A DNA stretch of 64,000 nucleotides from an uncultured Thermoleophilia bacterium (GTDB lineage Bacteria; Actinomycetota; Thermoleophilia; UBA2241). Each line of letters begins with the position of its first letter. Positions within the stretch are counted from its first letter, which is position 1. The translations under genes and the position numbers were made by a program. Shown here in pieces: positions 28,077-37,372 of this stretch. The notes below the pieces were generated by a model. The model saw only the letters and a program-made list of their open reading frames with translations. It did not search any database and was not told the origin of the DNA. The stretch covers positions 416,001 through 480,000 of the forward strand of contig CAVPCT010000004.1 of assembly GCA_963702475.1 (NCBI GenBank). The letters run 5' to 3'.

Positions 28077-28464
28077 CCTTGCCGTCACCATCGTGGTCTT
28101 CGTCGCTGTGGCCCTGATCGGGCTGGCCGCGGTGTGGTGGTACGCCAACAGGGTGAAGCGCGATCTCGACGACTCAGCCGGGGTCGTGGCCGGCGCTCGC
28201 GGCGTCATCGAGCTGCGTCCCGAGAGCGTGGCGCAGCTGCGCGCGCTCACGTCCGAGCCCATCCTGCTCAAGCAGAATGAGGAAGGCGTGCGCGTGCAGA
28301 TCGAGCACCGGCCGATGATGCCGCTGCGGGCGTTTCTCGGCAAGGACGCGGCCGGGGCGCTGCAGGAGGTCGCGGGGGAGGTCTCGGAGCGCTGGGGCGT
28401 GAAGTGGGTCGTGCTGGTCGACGCTGGCGACCCGGAACGTGTGACGGTCAAGCGCCTGGCCTGA
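28069..28464 (+). CDS. Hypothetical membrane-anchored protein
   Basis: MSSLAVTIVVFVAVALIGLAAVWWY N-terminal TM; overlaps the rarA stop. Confidence 0.75.
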   Translation: MSSLAVTIVVFVAVALIGLAAVWWYANRVKRDLDDSAGVVAGARGVIELRPESVAQLRALTSEPILLKQNEEGVRVQIEHRPMMPLRAFLGKDAAGALQEVAGEVSERWGVKWVVLVDAGDPERVTVKRLA

Positions 28465-28607
28465 GCGGGCTTGTTCCTTCGCCATGCGACGCGGTGTATA
28501 CAGGACTGTACACTGGTAAAGGGAACGGTCCTTTCTTCCGAAGTACAGACAGCCGGGATCGCGTTCGCGCAGGCCCGGGACGACGCTGGCTACCGCCCTA
28601 GGAGGCT

Positions 28608-30266
28608 GTGATGAAGGGGTTCTTCAAGGTCCTGCTGGGACTTGGGATCGGCGCGGCCATCGGCATGCTGTTCGCCCCCAAGAGCGGCAAGGAACTGCGT
28701 GGGCAATTGGTCGGGTCGGCCACGCGCAAGACGCTTCACCCTGCGCCGAGCTGGGAGCCCGAGTCCGAGGCCGCGACGGAGTGGCCGGCCGCCGTGGCTG
28801 TCGAGGAGTTCGTGGTCGAGGCCGGACCCGAGGAACAGGCCGCGGTCGTCGAAACGGACTTCGTCTCCGTCGCACCCGAACCCATGGATGAGCCCCCGGT
28901 CGCGGAGCCGGAGGAGGACGAAGCCGTCGTCGAGGTCATCATCGAGGAGACCGTTGTCCGCGAGGAAAGCGTGATCACCGAGGATGGCGTGGTCGAGGAC
29001 GTCGTCACGATCGAGGAGCGGGAGGTCGAGGTCATCGCGGTGGAGGAGACCTCGGTGGACGACCTGCGCGCGCGCATCGAGGCCACGCGCGCCGAGGTGG
29101 AGACGTCGCTGGCCGAGCCGTTCGGTGGTCCCGCTCTGGTCGAGGATATCGGCGAGAGCGGTCCTGCCGAGGAGAGCCTCGCCGAAGAGACGCTGGGAGG
29201 GGAGGCCTACGTTGCGGAGACCGTCGTCGAGGAGACAGTCGTCGAGGAGACAGTCGTCGAGGAGACAGTCGTCGAGGAGACAGTCGTCGAGGAGGCGGTA
29301 ATCGCCGAAGAGGCGACGGTGAGCGACACGGTCGCCGAAGAAGAGCCGATCGGCGGGGCTGTCGCCGAGGACGCCGACGGGCCCGAGCCGGTCCTGGTGT
29401 GGTCGGAGGCGGAGCAGGCCGCTCCGGCGATCGCTGAGGACACGGACGCCCAGGCAGCCCCCGAGGCGAGTGCGGACGAGGCCGAGTCCTTCCAGGAGCA
29501 GCCCGAGACGAGACGGGCCTGGGACACGTGGAGTGAGGAGCGACCCCAGCCGGTCGAGGCCGTCGCCGACGTGACCGCCGAGCCGGCCGTCGTCGAGGAG
29601 ATCCCCGTGGTCGCGTACGATGAGGTCGCCGGACCCGAGCCGCAAGTTGTCGAGGCCGAGCCCGCGTGGGCCGAGCCGGCTCCGGAACCCTACGGGCTCG
29701 CGGCCGTCGAGGAAACGGTCCTCGAGGAGCCCGTCGTCGTCGAGGAGCCGTCGGTCGCGGCCGTCGAGGAGCCCGTCGCCGTCGAGGAGCCCGTCGTTGA
29801 GGAGGTCATCGTCGCGGAGGTCGTGCCGGCCGAGGCCGAACCAGCTCCGGAGCAGCCCGTTGCACCGTCTCTGGGGGAGACCGTCATCGAGTCGGCGCCT
29901 CTCGCGCCGGCTCGCGTCCCCGAACCGGCGTCTATCGTTGCGACCGAACCCGCCCCAGAACCCGAGCCGGTCCCCGGGTTCGAGCCGCAGGACGCGGCGC
30001 CGGAGCTCGCGCCGGAGCCGGTCGCGGTCGAGCCTGCGGAGGCGTCACCGCGTGATACGGGAACGATCGATCAGGCCGAGATGCGCCGCCGCATCGAGGA
30101 GACGCGAGCACGCCTCAAGGCCAAGGCGTTCGACGCCATGATGAGCGGAGAGGCGGCCCTGCTCGGCCGGGACGACGAGGGATCGCTGCCGCGCCACGAC
30201 GACGTCGAACTGGACGGCGACGTCGCGAGCACCATCGACGAGTCGCTGTCGCAGGAGGAGTACTGA
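28608..30266 (+). CDS. YtxH-domain protein with long acidic disordered region and two DUF3618-like coiled segments
   Basis: GLGIGAAIGMLFAPKSGKELR YtxH motif; E/V/P/A-rich; DLRARIEATRAEV and EMRRRIEETRARL; AGGAGG RBS. Confidence 0.8.
   Translation: MMKGFFKVLLGLGIGAAIGMLFAPKSGKELRGQLVGSATRKTLHPAPSWEPESEAATEWPAAVAVEEFVVEAGPEEQAAVVETDFVSVAPEPMDEPPVAEPEEDEAVVEVIIEETVVREESVITEDGVVEDVVTIEEREVEVIAVEETSVDDLRARIEATRAEVETSLAEPFGGPALVEDIGESGPAEESLAEETLGGEAYVAETVVEETVVEETVVEETVVEETVVEEAVIAEEATVSDTVAEEEPIGGAVAEDADGPEPVLVWSEAEQAAPAIAEDTDAQAAPEASADEAESFQEQPETRRAWDTWSEERPQPVEAVADVTAEPAVVEEIPVVAYDEVAGPEPQVVEAEPAWAEPAPEPYGLAAVEETVLEEPVVVEEPSVAAVEEPVAVEEPVVEEVIVAEVVPAEAEPAPEQPVAPSLGETVIESAPLAPARVPEPASIVATEPAPEPEPVPGFEPQDAAPELAPEPVAVEPAEASPRDTGTIDQAEMRRRIEETRARLKAKAFDAMMSGEAALLGRDDEGSLPRHDDVELDGDVASTIDESLSQEEY
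29217..29291 (+). repeat. 15-bp coding tandem repeat x5 (ETVVE)
   Basis: GAGACAGTCGTCGAG x5; first copy has one mismatch. Confidence 0.95.
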
Positions 30267-30298
30267 GGGACGCAGCCTGAGGCGCAGCTGTGCGAGGT

Positions 30299-30340
30299 CG
30301 CGAGAGGGGCGGGCGCCGATCGGCGCCCGCCCCTCTCGCG
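30299..30340. terminator. 42-bp perfect palindrome between convergent genes
   Basis: CGCGAGAGGGGCGGGCGCCGA/TCGGCGCCCGCCCCTCTCGCG. Confidence 0.65.
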
Positions 30341-30386
30341 TGAGTGGCGCTCTTCGCGGCGCTGGGGGCTGCGCTCCAGGCCCGGC

Positions 30387-32282
30387 TCAGCCGGGACGCG
30401 CGGTGGGCTCGCCCCCGTCGTCGTGTCCGCCGGTCCCGGGCGGCCTTCGCCTGGATGTGGGCTTGGCCGCCGGGCGGCGGCGGTGCGGCGGCGGCGGCTC
30501 GGTGGTGAGCTGCGCGGCCCACTCTTCGTCGCTCACCCGGTCGGGGCCGCGTCGGTCGACGGCCGGCCAGGTGAGGGCGCCCGGCGCGAGTCCTCGCTCG
30601 TGGAGCGCATGCGCCAGCACGCCGGCCGAGGAGAGGAACAGGAGTGCGACCAGCACGACGCCGGCCGGGACGCTCCTGTTCTCGAGCAGCAGGAAGAAGT
30701 ACCACCACACCTCCGTCCCCAGTCCCAGGAGCGTCGCGTAGTAGACCATGACCACGGGGACCATGATGAGCCCAAGGTAGGCGGGCAGGACGGACCGCAT
30801 CCAGCCTCCCGGTCTGGCCAGCGGCCAGAGGACCGCGGCCGGCAGGATCAGGAGCGCCGAGTACGGGTCGGCCAGCCAGACGAGCAGAGCGATGAGGACC
30901 AGGATCGCGTGGGCCACGAAGATGACGGCGCGCGGGTCGGTGCGCACCCGCCGCCGCAACCGTCGTTCCACGGCGACCGCGTAGGCGTAGGCGAGGACCA
31001 GCAGCGCCGCGAGGATGGCCACGCGCAGGTAGCGGGGGTTCGCGGCGATGCTGGAGTCCGGCGGGATCACCGCCCCAGGGCTCCTTGGCAGCTGGCCGAG
31101 GAGGTTGGCCACGTAGACGATGGCCAGCAGGACGAGCCAGGGAGCGTAGTGCAGGCCGGCGCTGATCCACGCCGGCCGCAGCGCCACGCGCGCGCGCCGG
31201 CAATGCGCGAAGAGATCCAGCGTGACCGCGAACAGCGGCAGCAGGCCGGCCGCCAGCAGCAGGGCCAGGGAGGTGCCGGGCAGGGTACGGGTGTGGGTGA
31301 GGGAGATGGTGCCGCCACTGCCGGGCCCCGGGACGGCCGCCTGGTCGATGGCCATCAGCATGCCCTGGGCGACCGTGCCCATCTTCGTGAGCGTCTCCGT
31401 GGACACGTTGGCGAGCGTGTCCTGCGCCGGCGGGACGCTCGCGCCGGCCGCCGCGACGGTGATGGCCGGCGCGCCCGCGGCCACCAGGGGACCCTGGCTG
31501 CCCGAGCTCGTCGGCACGGCGAGTCTCACCACCTGGCCGGGTACGGTGGGAAGCAGGGCGCGCAGATTGCCGTACACGCGGCCGGCCGGCGCCGCCAGCT
31601 GCCAGAGCCATGGCGGCGCCACCCTGGGCGCGGAGCTCCAGCCGTCGAGCCGAATGCCCTCGGGGTCGCGGGTCGCGACCTCGCGCAGGGCGATGGCGCC
31701 GGTGACGTTCTCGACGCCGTGGTCCTCCACGAAGCGCCGGGAGCCGAGCGCGCCGTAGGCGTCGCCGCTGGTGCACAGGTAAATGAACGTGCGCTCGTGG
31801 GCCGTCACGGTGAACGAGCGCGCCAGCGCCAGCATCGCGGCCACTCCGGAGGCGTTGTCGTTGGCGCCCTGCGTGGCCACGGCGGGGACATCGCGATTGG
31901 CGATCACCATCACGGTTCCGGGGCCCTCGCCGCGGGAGACGGCCCACACGTTCTGCAGGGCGACGTCCTTGCCGTTGATGGTGGCCGGGAAGCTGTCGAG
32001 GTGCGTCTCCAGGCCCATCTGCCTGAACTGCTCCATCACCCACAGGGCCAGGCGGTTGTCTGGGTCGCTGCCGGCCACGCGCTGCGGATAGTCGGTGACG
32101 ATGGTGCGCATGTCGGCCGCCGCCTGCTCACCGTCGAACGACACCGGCTCGGAGCTGAGCTTCGGGGTGTCGGCGCTGCCCAGCGTGAAGAGGCAGACCA
32201 CCATGAGGATGAGAGAGACGACCCAGGCGGCTCTGTACACCTTGAGGTTGGGCAGGGTGACCTCCTTGGGCGTGCCGTGCAT
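30387..32282 (-). CDS. M28 peptidase-fold membrane protein with degenerate metal site
   Basis: N-terminal TM, GANDNASGVA motif, several C-terminal TMs. Start at 32282, or CTG 32255 after AAGGAGG. Confidence 0.75.
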   Translation of the reverse strand: MHGTPKEVTLPNLKVYRAAWVVSLILMVVCLFTLGSADTPKLSSEPVSFDGEQAAADMRTIVTDYPQRVAGSDPDNRLALWVMEQFRQMGLETHLDSFPATINGKDVALQNVWAVSRGEGPGTVMVIANRDVPAVATQGANDNASGVAAMLALARSFTVTAHERTFIYLCTSGDAYGALGSRRFVEDHGVENVTGAIALREVATRDPEGIRLDGWSSAPRVAPPWLWQLAAPAGRVYGNLRALLPTVPGQVVRLAVPTSSGSQGPLVAAGAPAITVAAAGASVPPAQDTLANVSTETLTKMGTVAQGMLMAIDQAAVPGPGSGGTISLTHTRTLPGTSLALLLAAGLLPLFAVTLDLFAHCRRARVALRPAWISAGLHYAPWLVLLAIVYVANLLGQLPRSPGAVIPPDSSIAANPRYLRVAILAALLVLAYAYAVAVERRLRRRVRTDPRAVIFVAHAILVLIALLVWLADPYSALLILPAAVLWPLARPGGWMRSVLPAYLGLIMVPVVMVYYATLLGLGTEVWWYFFLLLENRSVPAGVVLVALLFLSSAGVLAHALHERGLAPGALTWPAVDRRGPDRVSDEEWAAQLTTEPPPPHRRRPAAKPTSRRRPPGTGGHDDGGEPTARPG

Positions 32283-32309
32283 CCTATCAGACCGGGTAAA
32301 ATGGGTGGC

Positions 32310-33014
32310 ATGGCTCCCCCCGTACGCATCCTCGTGGTCGAGGACGAGGCGCCCATCGCCGAAGTCGTGCAGAGCTACCTCGAGCGCGAAGGTCACATGG
32401 TGGTGTGGACCGCTTCGGGTGAATCCGCCCTTGAGGCCTTCGACCGGCGGCGCCCCGATCTCGTCGTGCTCGATCTCAACCTGCCGGGTATCTCCGGTGA
32501 GGACGTCTGCCGTCGTATCCGAGCAGGTTCGGACGTCCCCATCATCATGCTCACCGCGAGGGACGCGGAGGAGGACCTCGTGAAGGGCCTCGAGTTGGGC
32601 GCCGACGACTACCTGACCAAACCCTTCAGCCCGCGCGAGCTCACGGCGCGCGTGCGCGCCCTGTTGCGGCGGGCGCGGAGCGACGAGACGCCGCAGGCCG
32701 ACGTCCTGGAGCGCGCCGGCGGGCGCCTGGTGATCGACGCCCCCCGCCGGCGTGTCACTCTGGACGGATCGCCTGTCGAGCTCACGGAGTCCGAGTTCCG
32801 CCTCCTCCAGACCCTCGCGCGCTTCCCCGGCCGCGTGTACACGCGCTTCGAGCTCGTCGAGAAGGTCCAGGGCTACGAGTACGAGGGGTACGAGCGCACC
32901 ATCGATGCCCATGTCAAGAACCTGCGGCACAAGCTGGGGGAGGACGCGCGACGGCCTCAGCTGGTGCAGACGGTGTACGGCAGGGGCTACTGCCTGGCGG
33001 AGGACCAGAAGTGA
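32310..33014 (+). CDS. OmpR-family response regulator
   Basis: VVEDE, LDLNLP, KPFSPREL, RTIDAHVKNLR, QTVYGRGY. Confidence 0.94.
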   Translation: MAPPVRILVVEDEAPIAEVVQSYLEREGHMVVWTASGESALEAFDRRRPDLVVLDLNLPGISGEDVCRRIRAGSDVPIIMLTARDAEEDLVKGLELGADDYLTKPFSPRELTARVRALLRRARSDETPQADVLERAGGRLVIDAPRRRVTLDGSPVELTESEFRLLQTLARFPGRVYTRFELVEKVQGYEYEGYERTIDAHVKNLRHKLGEDARRPQLVQTVYGRGYCLAEDQK

Positions 33015-34483
33015 GACGTGGGCTGCGCCTCCGTCTGGCGGTCACCCACGCGCTGGTGGCCGTCGTGGCCATCGTCATCGTCGCGGTCATCGTCAACATC
33101 GTCGGCGGGCAGCGGTTCGACGCCTATCTCGAAGAGGTGCAGCACGCCCGCAGCGCAGCGGTGGTGGACACTCTGGCGCAGACGCACAGCTCCCCGGACG
33201 GATGGGACGCCGGTGCGGTCTACGCCCTGGGTCGCGTGGCCCTGAGCAACAACGTCGACGTGGCCGTGTACTCGCTGGGCGGCCAGTTGCTGTTCACGGT
33301 GCAGGGCCGTCACGCCGGGCCCGGCGCGGGTGGCGGTGCCGGGCTGGGTGGCGGCGAGGGCGGCGCCGCGGTCGCTTCGGGAACGCCGATGCCGGTTCCG
33401 TCCGGCTACGCGGCCGGTCAGTTCAGGGTGCAGACGTTCCCCGTGGTCGTCGGCGGCCAGAAGGTCGCCACCGCGGAGATCTACTCCGGCCTCGGCATGC
33501 GACAAGCAGCCGAGTCGGCCTACCAGAGTGCGCTCACCCGGAACCTCGTCATCGCCGGGGCGGCCGCGGGCGTGGTCGCCTTGCTCATCAGCCTCTTCGT
33601 GAGCCGGCGTATCACGGCGCCGCTGGAGGAGCTCACCGATGCCGCGGCCGACGTCGCCACTGGGGACTTCGCGGTGCGCGTGGCCCCACGTGGCAACGAC
33701 GAGGTGGGAGCGCTGGCCACGGCGTTCAACTCCATGGCCGACCGTCTGGCGCGGGACGAGCAGTGGCGGCGCGACATGACGGCCGACCTTTCGCACGAAC
33801 TGCGCACGCCGCTCGCCACCATCCAGACGCGCATCGAGGCGCTCGAGGACGGTGTGCTGCCGGCCACGCCGGAGAACCTTCGGGTGATCGGCGCCGAGGT
33901 CGAGCGCCTCGGGCGCCTGCTTGGCGCCCTCCGCAATCTCAACGAGCTGGAGAGCGAGGACCTGGACGTCGAGCACGACCCGCTCGATCTCGCCGACGTG
34001 GCGGGTGACGCGGCGGCGCGGGCGGAGACCGCTTACATGGCCAAGGGTGTCGAGCTGCGCACGGACCTGTCCCCGGTCACCGTGAAGGCCGACCGCGACC
34101 GCCTGCTGCAGGTGATCGGCAATCTCCTGGACAACGCTCTGAAATTCACTCCCTCCGGGGGTCAGGTGGACCTGGTGGCCGGGGTGGGTGCGGCCCCGAC
34201 CCCCGACGAAGCCGATGACATGACCTGCCGCGGGTTCTCGGTGAGCGGCGGCAGGTGGGCCGTGCTGACGGTCAGCGACAGTGGCGCGGGCATCGACCCG
34301 GTCGACCTGCCCTTCGTGTTCGACCGCTTCTACCGCTCGCAGTCGGCGCGCACCACGCAGGGCGTCGGGCTGGGTCTCGCGATCGCCAGGGGCCTCGTCG
34401 AGGCTCAGGGCGGCGCCATCGAGGCAGCCAACAGGCCGCAGAGTGGCGCCGTGTTCACCGTCCGCCTTCCCTTTGCGGGCTGA
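33011..34483 (+). CDS. HAMP-domain sensor histidine kinase (BaeS-like)
   Basis: ADLSHELRTPL, NLLDNALKFT, FDRFYR, GLGLAI. Confidence 0.93.
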   Translation: MRRGLRLRLAVTHALVAVVAIVIVAVIVNIVGGQRFDAYLEEVQHARSAAVVDTLAQTHSSPDGWDAGAVYALGRVALSNNVDVAVYSLGGQLLFTVQGRHAGPGAGGGAGLGGGEGGAAVASGTPMPVPSGYAAGQFRVQTFPVVVGGQKVATAEIYSGLGMRQAAESAYQSALTRNLVIAGAAAGVVALLISLFVSRRITAPLEELTDAAADVATGDFAVRVAPRGNDEVGALATAFNSMADRLARDEQWRRDMTADLSHELRTPLATIQTRIEALEDGVLPATPENLRVIGAEVERLGRLLGALRNLNELESEDLDVEHDPLDLADVAGDAAARAETAYMAKGVELRTDLSPVTVKADRDRLLQVIGNLLDNALKFTPSGGQVDLVAGVGAAPTPDEADDMTCRGFSVSGGRWAVLTVSDSGAGIDPVDLPFVFDRFYRSQSARTTQGVGLGLAIARGLVEAQGGAIEAANRPQSGAVFTVRLPFAG

Positions 34484-34630
34484 TCCCCGCTCCGCTCATG
34501 GCGACCCGAAGCCGGCCGTGAAGGCCGGCCATCTGCTCGCCGTCGTTGCGGCCGGTCCTGACGACGCCGGACCGTATGCCCGGTGCCCGGCGTGAGTGGA
34601 CCGCGCTCGCCGCGACGCGGAGATGTGGAC

Positions 34631-35461
34631 GTGCCGGTGTCCGCGTGGCCGGCGATCCTGGCGTTCGATGTCGACGGCACCGTGCTCGGGGCCAACGACC
34701 GGCCGGTGCCCGGCATCGCGGAGACGCTCCGGGAGCTCGCTGAGGCTGGCGTGAAGCTGGTGCCCAGCACCGGCCGCCCCCTGTACGGAGCCCTGAGGGC
34801 AGCCGGCGTGCTCGGCGTGACGCCGTCCGCCTGCGTCGCCTACCACGGCGCCCTCGTCGTGGACCTGGAGGGCGGGCGGGTGCTGCGGCACCTCACGGTA
34901 CCTGACGGGCTCGCCGCCCGCGTCGCCCTCGCCGGTCTGGCCGGCGGCCTGCAGGTGAGCCTCTACGTCGGCGATGAGCGACGGGATCTTCCCGCTGACT
35001 GGGTGCCGCCGGTCGTGACGCCGCCATGCGTGCCGCCGCCTGTCGTGACGCCGCCAGGCGTGCGGCCGCCTGTCGTGACCTTCGCCGGCCCCGACTTCGG
35101 TGTCACCCGCCTCGTGCTGGCCGGCGATCCCCGGCGCGTCACCCTGTCTCTTCCGGAGCTCGACGAGCCGCGCCGCGCCGGCCTGCGCATCGAGCAGGTG
35201 CGGCCGGGAGTCGTCGTGGTGCTGCCCGGCGCTGCCGACAAGGGCGACGGCCTGCGGCTCGTGGCGGCGCACTTCGGCGTGCTCGCGCGCCGCGTGGTCG
35301 CCGCCGGCGACGACCTCAACGACATCACCCTGCTGCTTGCTTCCGGCCACGCACTTGCGGTTGGGGACGCGCTGCCGGCGCTCCGCGCCGTCGCCGGTGA
35401 GACCGTCGCGCAGGACGGCCTCGCGGCCGCCCTGCGCGACGCCTTTCGGCGTCTTGGCTGA
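34631..35461 (+). CDS. Cof-type HAD hydrolase
   Basis: AFDVDGT, STGR, DKGDGL, GDDLND. Confidence 0.85.
   Translation: MPVSAWPAILAFDVDGTVLGANDRPVPGIAETLRELAEAGVKLVPSTGRPLYGALRAAGVLGVTPSACVAYHGALVVDLEGGRVLRHLTVPDGLAARVALAGLAGGLQVSLYVGDERRDLPADWVPPVVTPPCVPPPVVTPPGVRPPVVTFAGPDFGVTRLVLAGDPRRVTLSLPELDEPRRAGLRIEQVRPGVVVVLPGAADKGDGLRLVAAHFGVLARRVVAAGDDLNDITLLLASGHALAVGDALPALRAVAGETVAQDGLAAALRDAFRRLG
35003..35080 (+). repeat. 30-bp-period coding repeat (PPVVTPP) x about 2.6
   Basis: GTCGTGAC recurs at 35012, 35042 and 35072. Confidence 0.85.
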
Positions 35462-35681
35462 CGCCGTCCGCGCGGGGACGCTCGCCCGTTCCCCGCGGGA
35501 ACGACGTGCGCTTCCAGACAGGACGAGGGCGGCGGAGACCGCAGTGGCCCCGCCGCCCTCGTCGTCCGCTCGTCGCCGTCACCCCGGAGGGTGACCGCCG
35601 CGATGAGTGTGGTGAGCGGCCTCCGTCCTCAGTGGCCGGTGCACCTCACGGCGCCCCGCCCCGCATGCCCGCTTTCGCCGT

Positions 35682-37046
35682 CTACTCGACCTTAGGGAGC
35701 TTGGCGATCGACGCGGCGATGGCCTCCTCCGGATGATCGTAGTCCTCGAGCTCGCCGCTCAGGTACCTGTCGTACGAGCCGAGGTCGAGCAGGCCGTGGC
35801 CGGTGAGGTTGAACAGGATATTCCGGCTCACGCCCTCTTCCTTGGCCTTCAGAGCCTCGTTGATGGCGGCGAGGATCGCATGCGCACTCTCCGGCGCCGG
35901 CACGATGGCCTCCGTCTTCACGAACAGCTGAGCAGCCTCGAAGACCTTGGTCTGCGCCACCGACACGGCCTCGAGCAGCCCGAGGTCGTACACGTGGCTG
36001 AGCAGCGGCGCCATGCCGTGGTAGCGCAGGCCGCCGGCGTGGATGCCGGGCGGCATGTAGTCGTGGCCCAGCGTGTACATCTTGAACAGCGGCGTCGTCT
36101 GCGCCTCGTCGCCGAAGTCGTAGCGGAACTGCCCCTTGGTGAGGGACGGGCACGCCGTCGGCTCCACGGCCACGAGGCGCGTGTTCGTCTTGCCGGCGAG
36201 GTTCTCGCGCAGGAAGGGGAAGGCCAGACCGCCGAAGCTCGAGCCGCCGCCGACGCAGCCGACCACGACGTCCGGGTAGGCGCCGGCATCCTGCATCTGC
36301 AGGATCGCCTCTTCGCCGATGATCGTCTGGTGCAGCAGCACGTGGTTGGTCACGCTGCCCAGGGCGTACTTGGAGCCGGGGTGCGTGACGGCGTCCTCCA
36401 CGGCTTCGCTGATCGCGATGCCGAGGCTGCCGAGGGAGTCCGGATCCTCGGCCAGGACGGCGCGGCCGGCGTTGGTCCGATCGCTGGGGCTGGGGATCAC
36501 GGTGCCGCCCCAGAGCTGCATCATGCTGCGCCGGTAGGGCTTCTGGTGGTAGCTCACCTTCACCATGTAGACCATGCACTCGAGGTCGAACATCTGGCAG
36601 GCCATGCTGAGGGCGCTGCCCCACTGCCCGGCGCCGGTCTCGGTGGCGAGGCGCGTGGTGCCGTCGAGCTTGTTGTAGTACGCCTGCGCGACTGCGGTGT
36701 TGCTCTTGTGCGAACCCGCCGGGCTGACGCCCTCATGCTTGAAGAAGATCTTGGCCGGCGTGTCGAGCGCCTTCTCGAGGCCGGTGGCGCGGATCAGGGG
36801 CGTCGGCCTCCAGATGCGGTAGATCTGGTGGACCTCTTCTGGGATCTCGATGTAGCGCTCTGCCGAGACCTCCTGGGCGATGATGCTGGGCGGGAAGATG
36901 GGCAAGAGGTCATCGGGGCCGGCCGGCTGCAGTGTCGCCGGGTTCAGCGGCGGCGGCGGAGGTGAGGGCAGGTCTGGGACGATGTTGTACCAGGCCTTGG
37001 GGATCCTCTCCTCGTCAAGGACGAACTTCTTCTTGTACTCGCTCAT
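35682..37046 (-). CDS. trpB2: Tryptophan synthase beta chain type 2 (stand-alone TrpB2)
   Basis: [22 protein letters not shown] (PLP Lys), [19 protein letters not shown]. Confidence 0.95.
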   Translation of the reverse strand: MSEYKKKFVLDEERIPKAWYNIVPDLPSPPPPPLNPATLQPAGPDDLLPIFPPSIIAQEVSAERYIEIPEEVHQIYRIWRPTPLIRATGLEKALDTPAKIFFKHEGVSPAGSHKSNTAVAQAYYNKLDGTTRLATETGAGQWGSALSMACQMFDLECMVYMVKVSYHQKPYRRSMMQLWGGTVIPSPSDRTNAGRAVLAEDPDSLGSLGIAISEAVEDAVTHPGSKYALGSVTNHVLLHQTIIGEEAILQMQDAGAYPDVVVGCVGGGSSFGGLAFPFLRENLAGKTNTRLVAVEPTACPSLTKGQFRYDFGDEAQTTPLFKMYTLGHDYMPPGIHAGGLRYHGMAPLLSHVYDLGLLEAVSVAQTKVFEAAQLFVKTEAIVPAPESAHAILAAINEALKAKEEGVSRNILFNLTGHGLLDLGSYDRYLSGELEDYDHPEEAIAASIAKLPKVE

Positions 37047-37195
37047 GACCTACCTCCCTTCGCGTGACGCCTGTGCGTGGTTGCGTGTGACTGAAGTTGC
37101 ACTGATCCTGTGCTCCGTGGGTCCGGGAACGGGACGACCATACGAATGGTCCGGGGGTGCGGGCAGGGCCCGCGCGGGTGTCAGAGAAGGGCGCG

Positions 37196-37315
37196 CTACG
37201 CGCGCCAGAGCCAGCGACGCCACGTGGCGCAGGCGGTGGAGCTGCTGGTGAACGGGGCGGCTGCGCTGCCCCGTTCGAAAGCATGCCTACGTCGGCTTTT
37301 GTCGCGGGTCGTCAT
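37196..37315 (-). CDS. Putative Trp-rich leader peptide (39 aa)
   Basis: MTTRDKSRRRHAFERGSAAAPFTSSSTACATWRRWLWRA*; TAGAAT 10 nt upstream; ends about 150 nt before trpB2. Confidence 0.7.
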   Translation of the reverse strand: MTTRDKSRRRHAFERGSAAAPFTSSSTACATWRRWLWRA

Positions 37316-37372
37316 CGTGGGCGGCATTCTATGCACGCCGGCGTGTGCGTGCAAGCGCGGGTAGCCCGGTCG

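Noticed and set aside
29217-29291. Short direct repeats as a possible CRISPR array
   Set aside because: 15-bp head-to-tail in-frame repeat with no spacers and no cas genes.
30387-33014. Overlapping 847-aa and 863-aa ORFs on opposite strands
   Set aside because: Each is a real gene extended by the stop-free antisense frame of its divergent neighbour.
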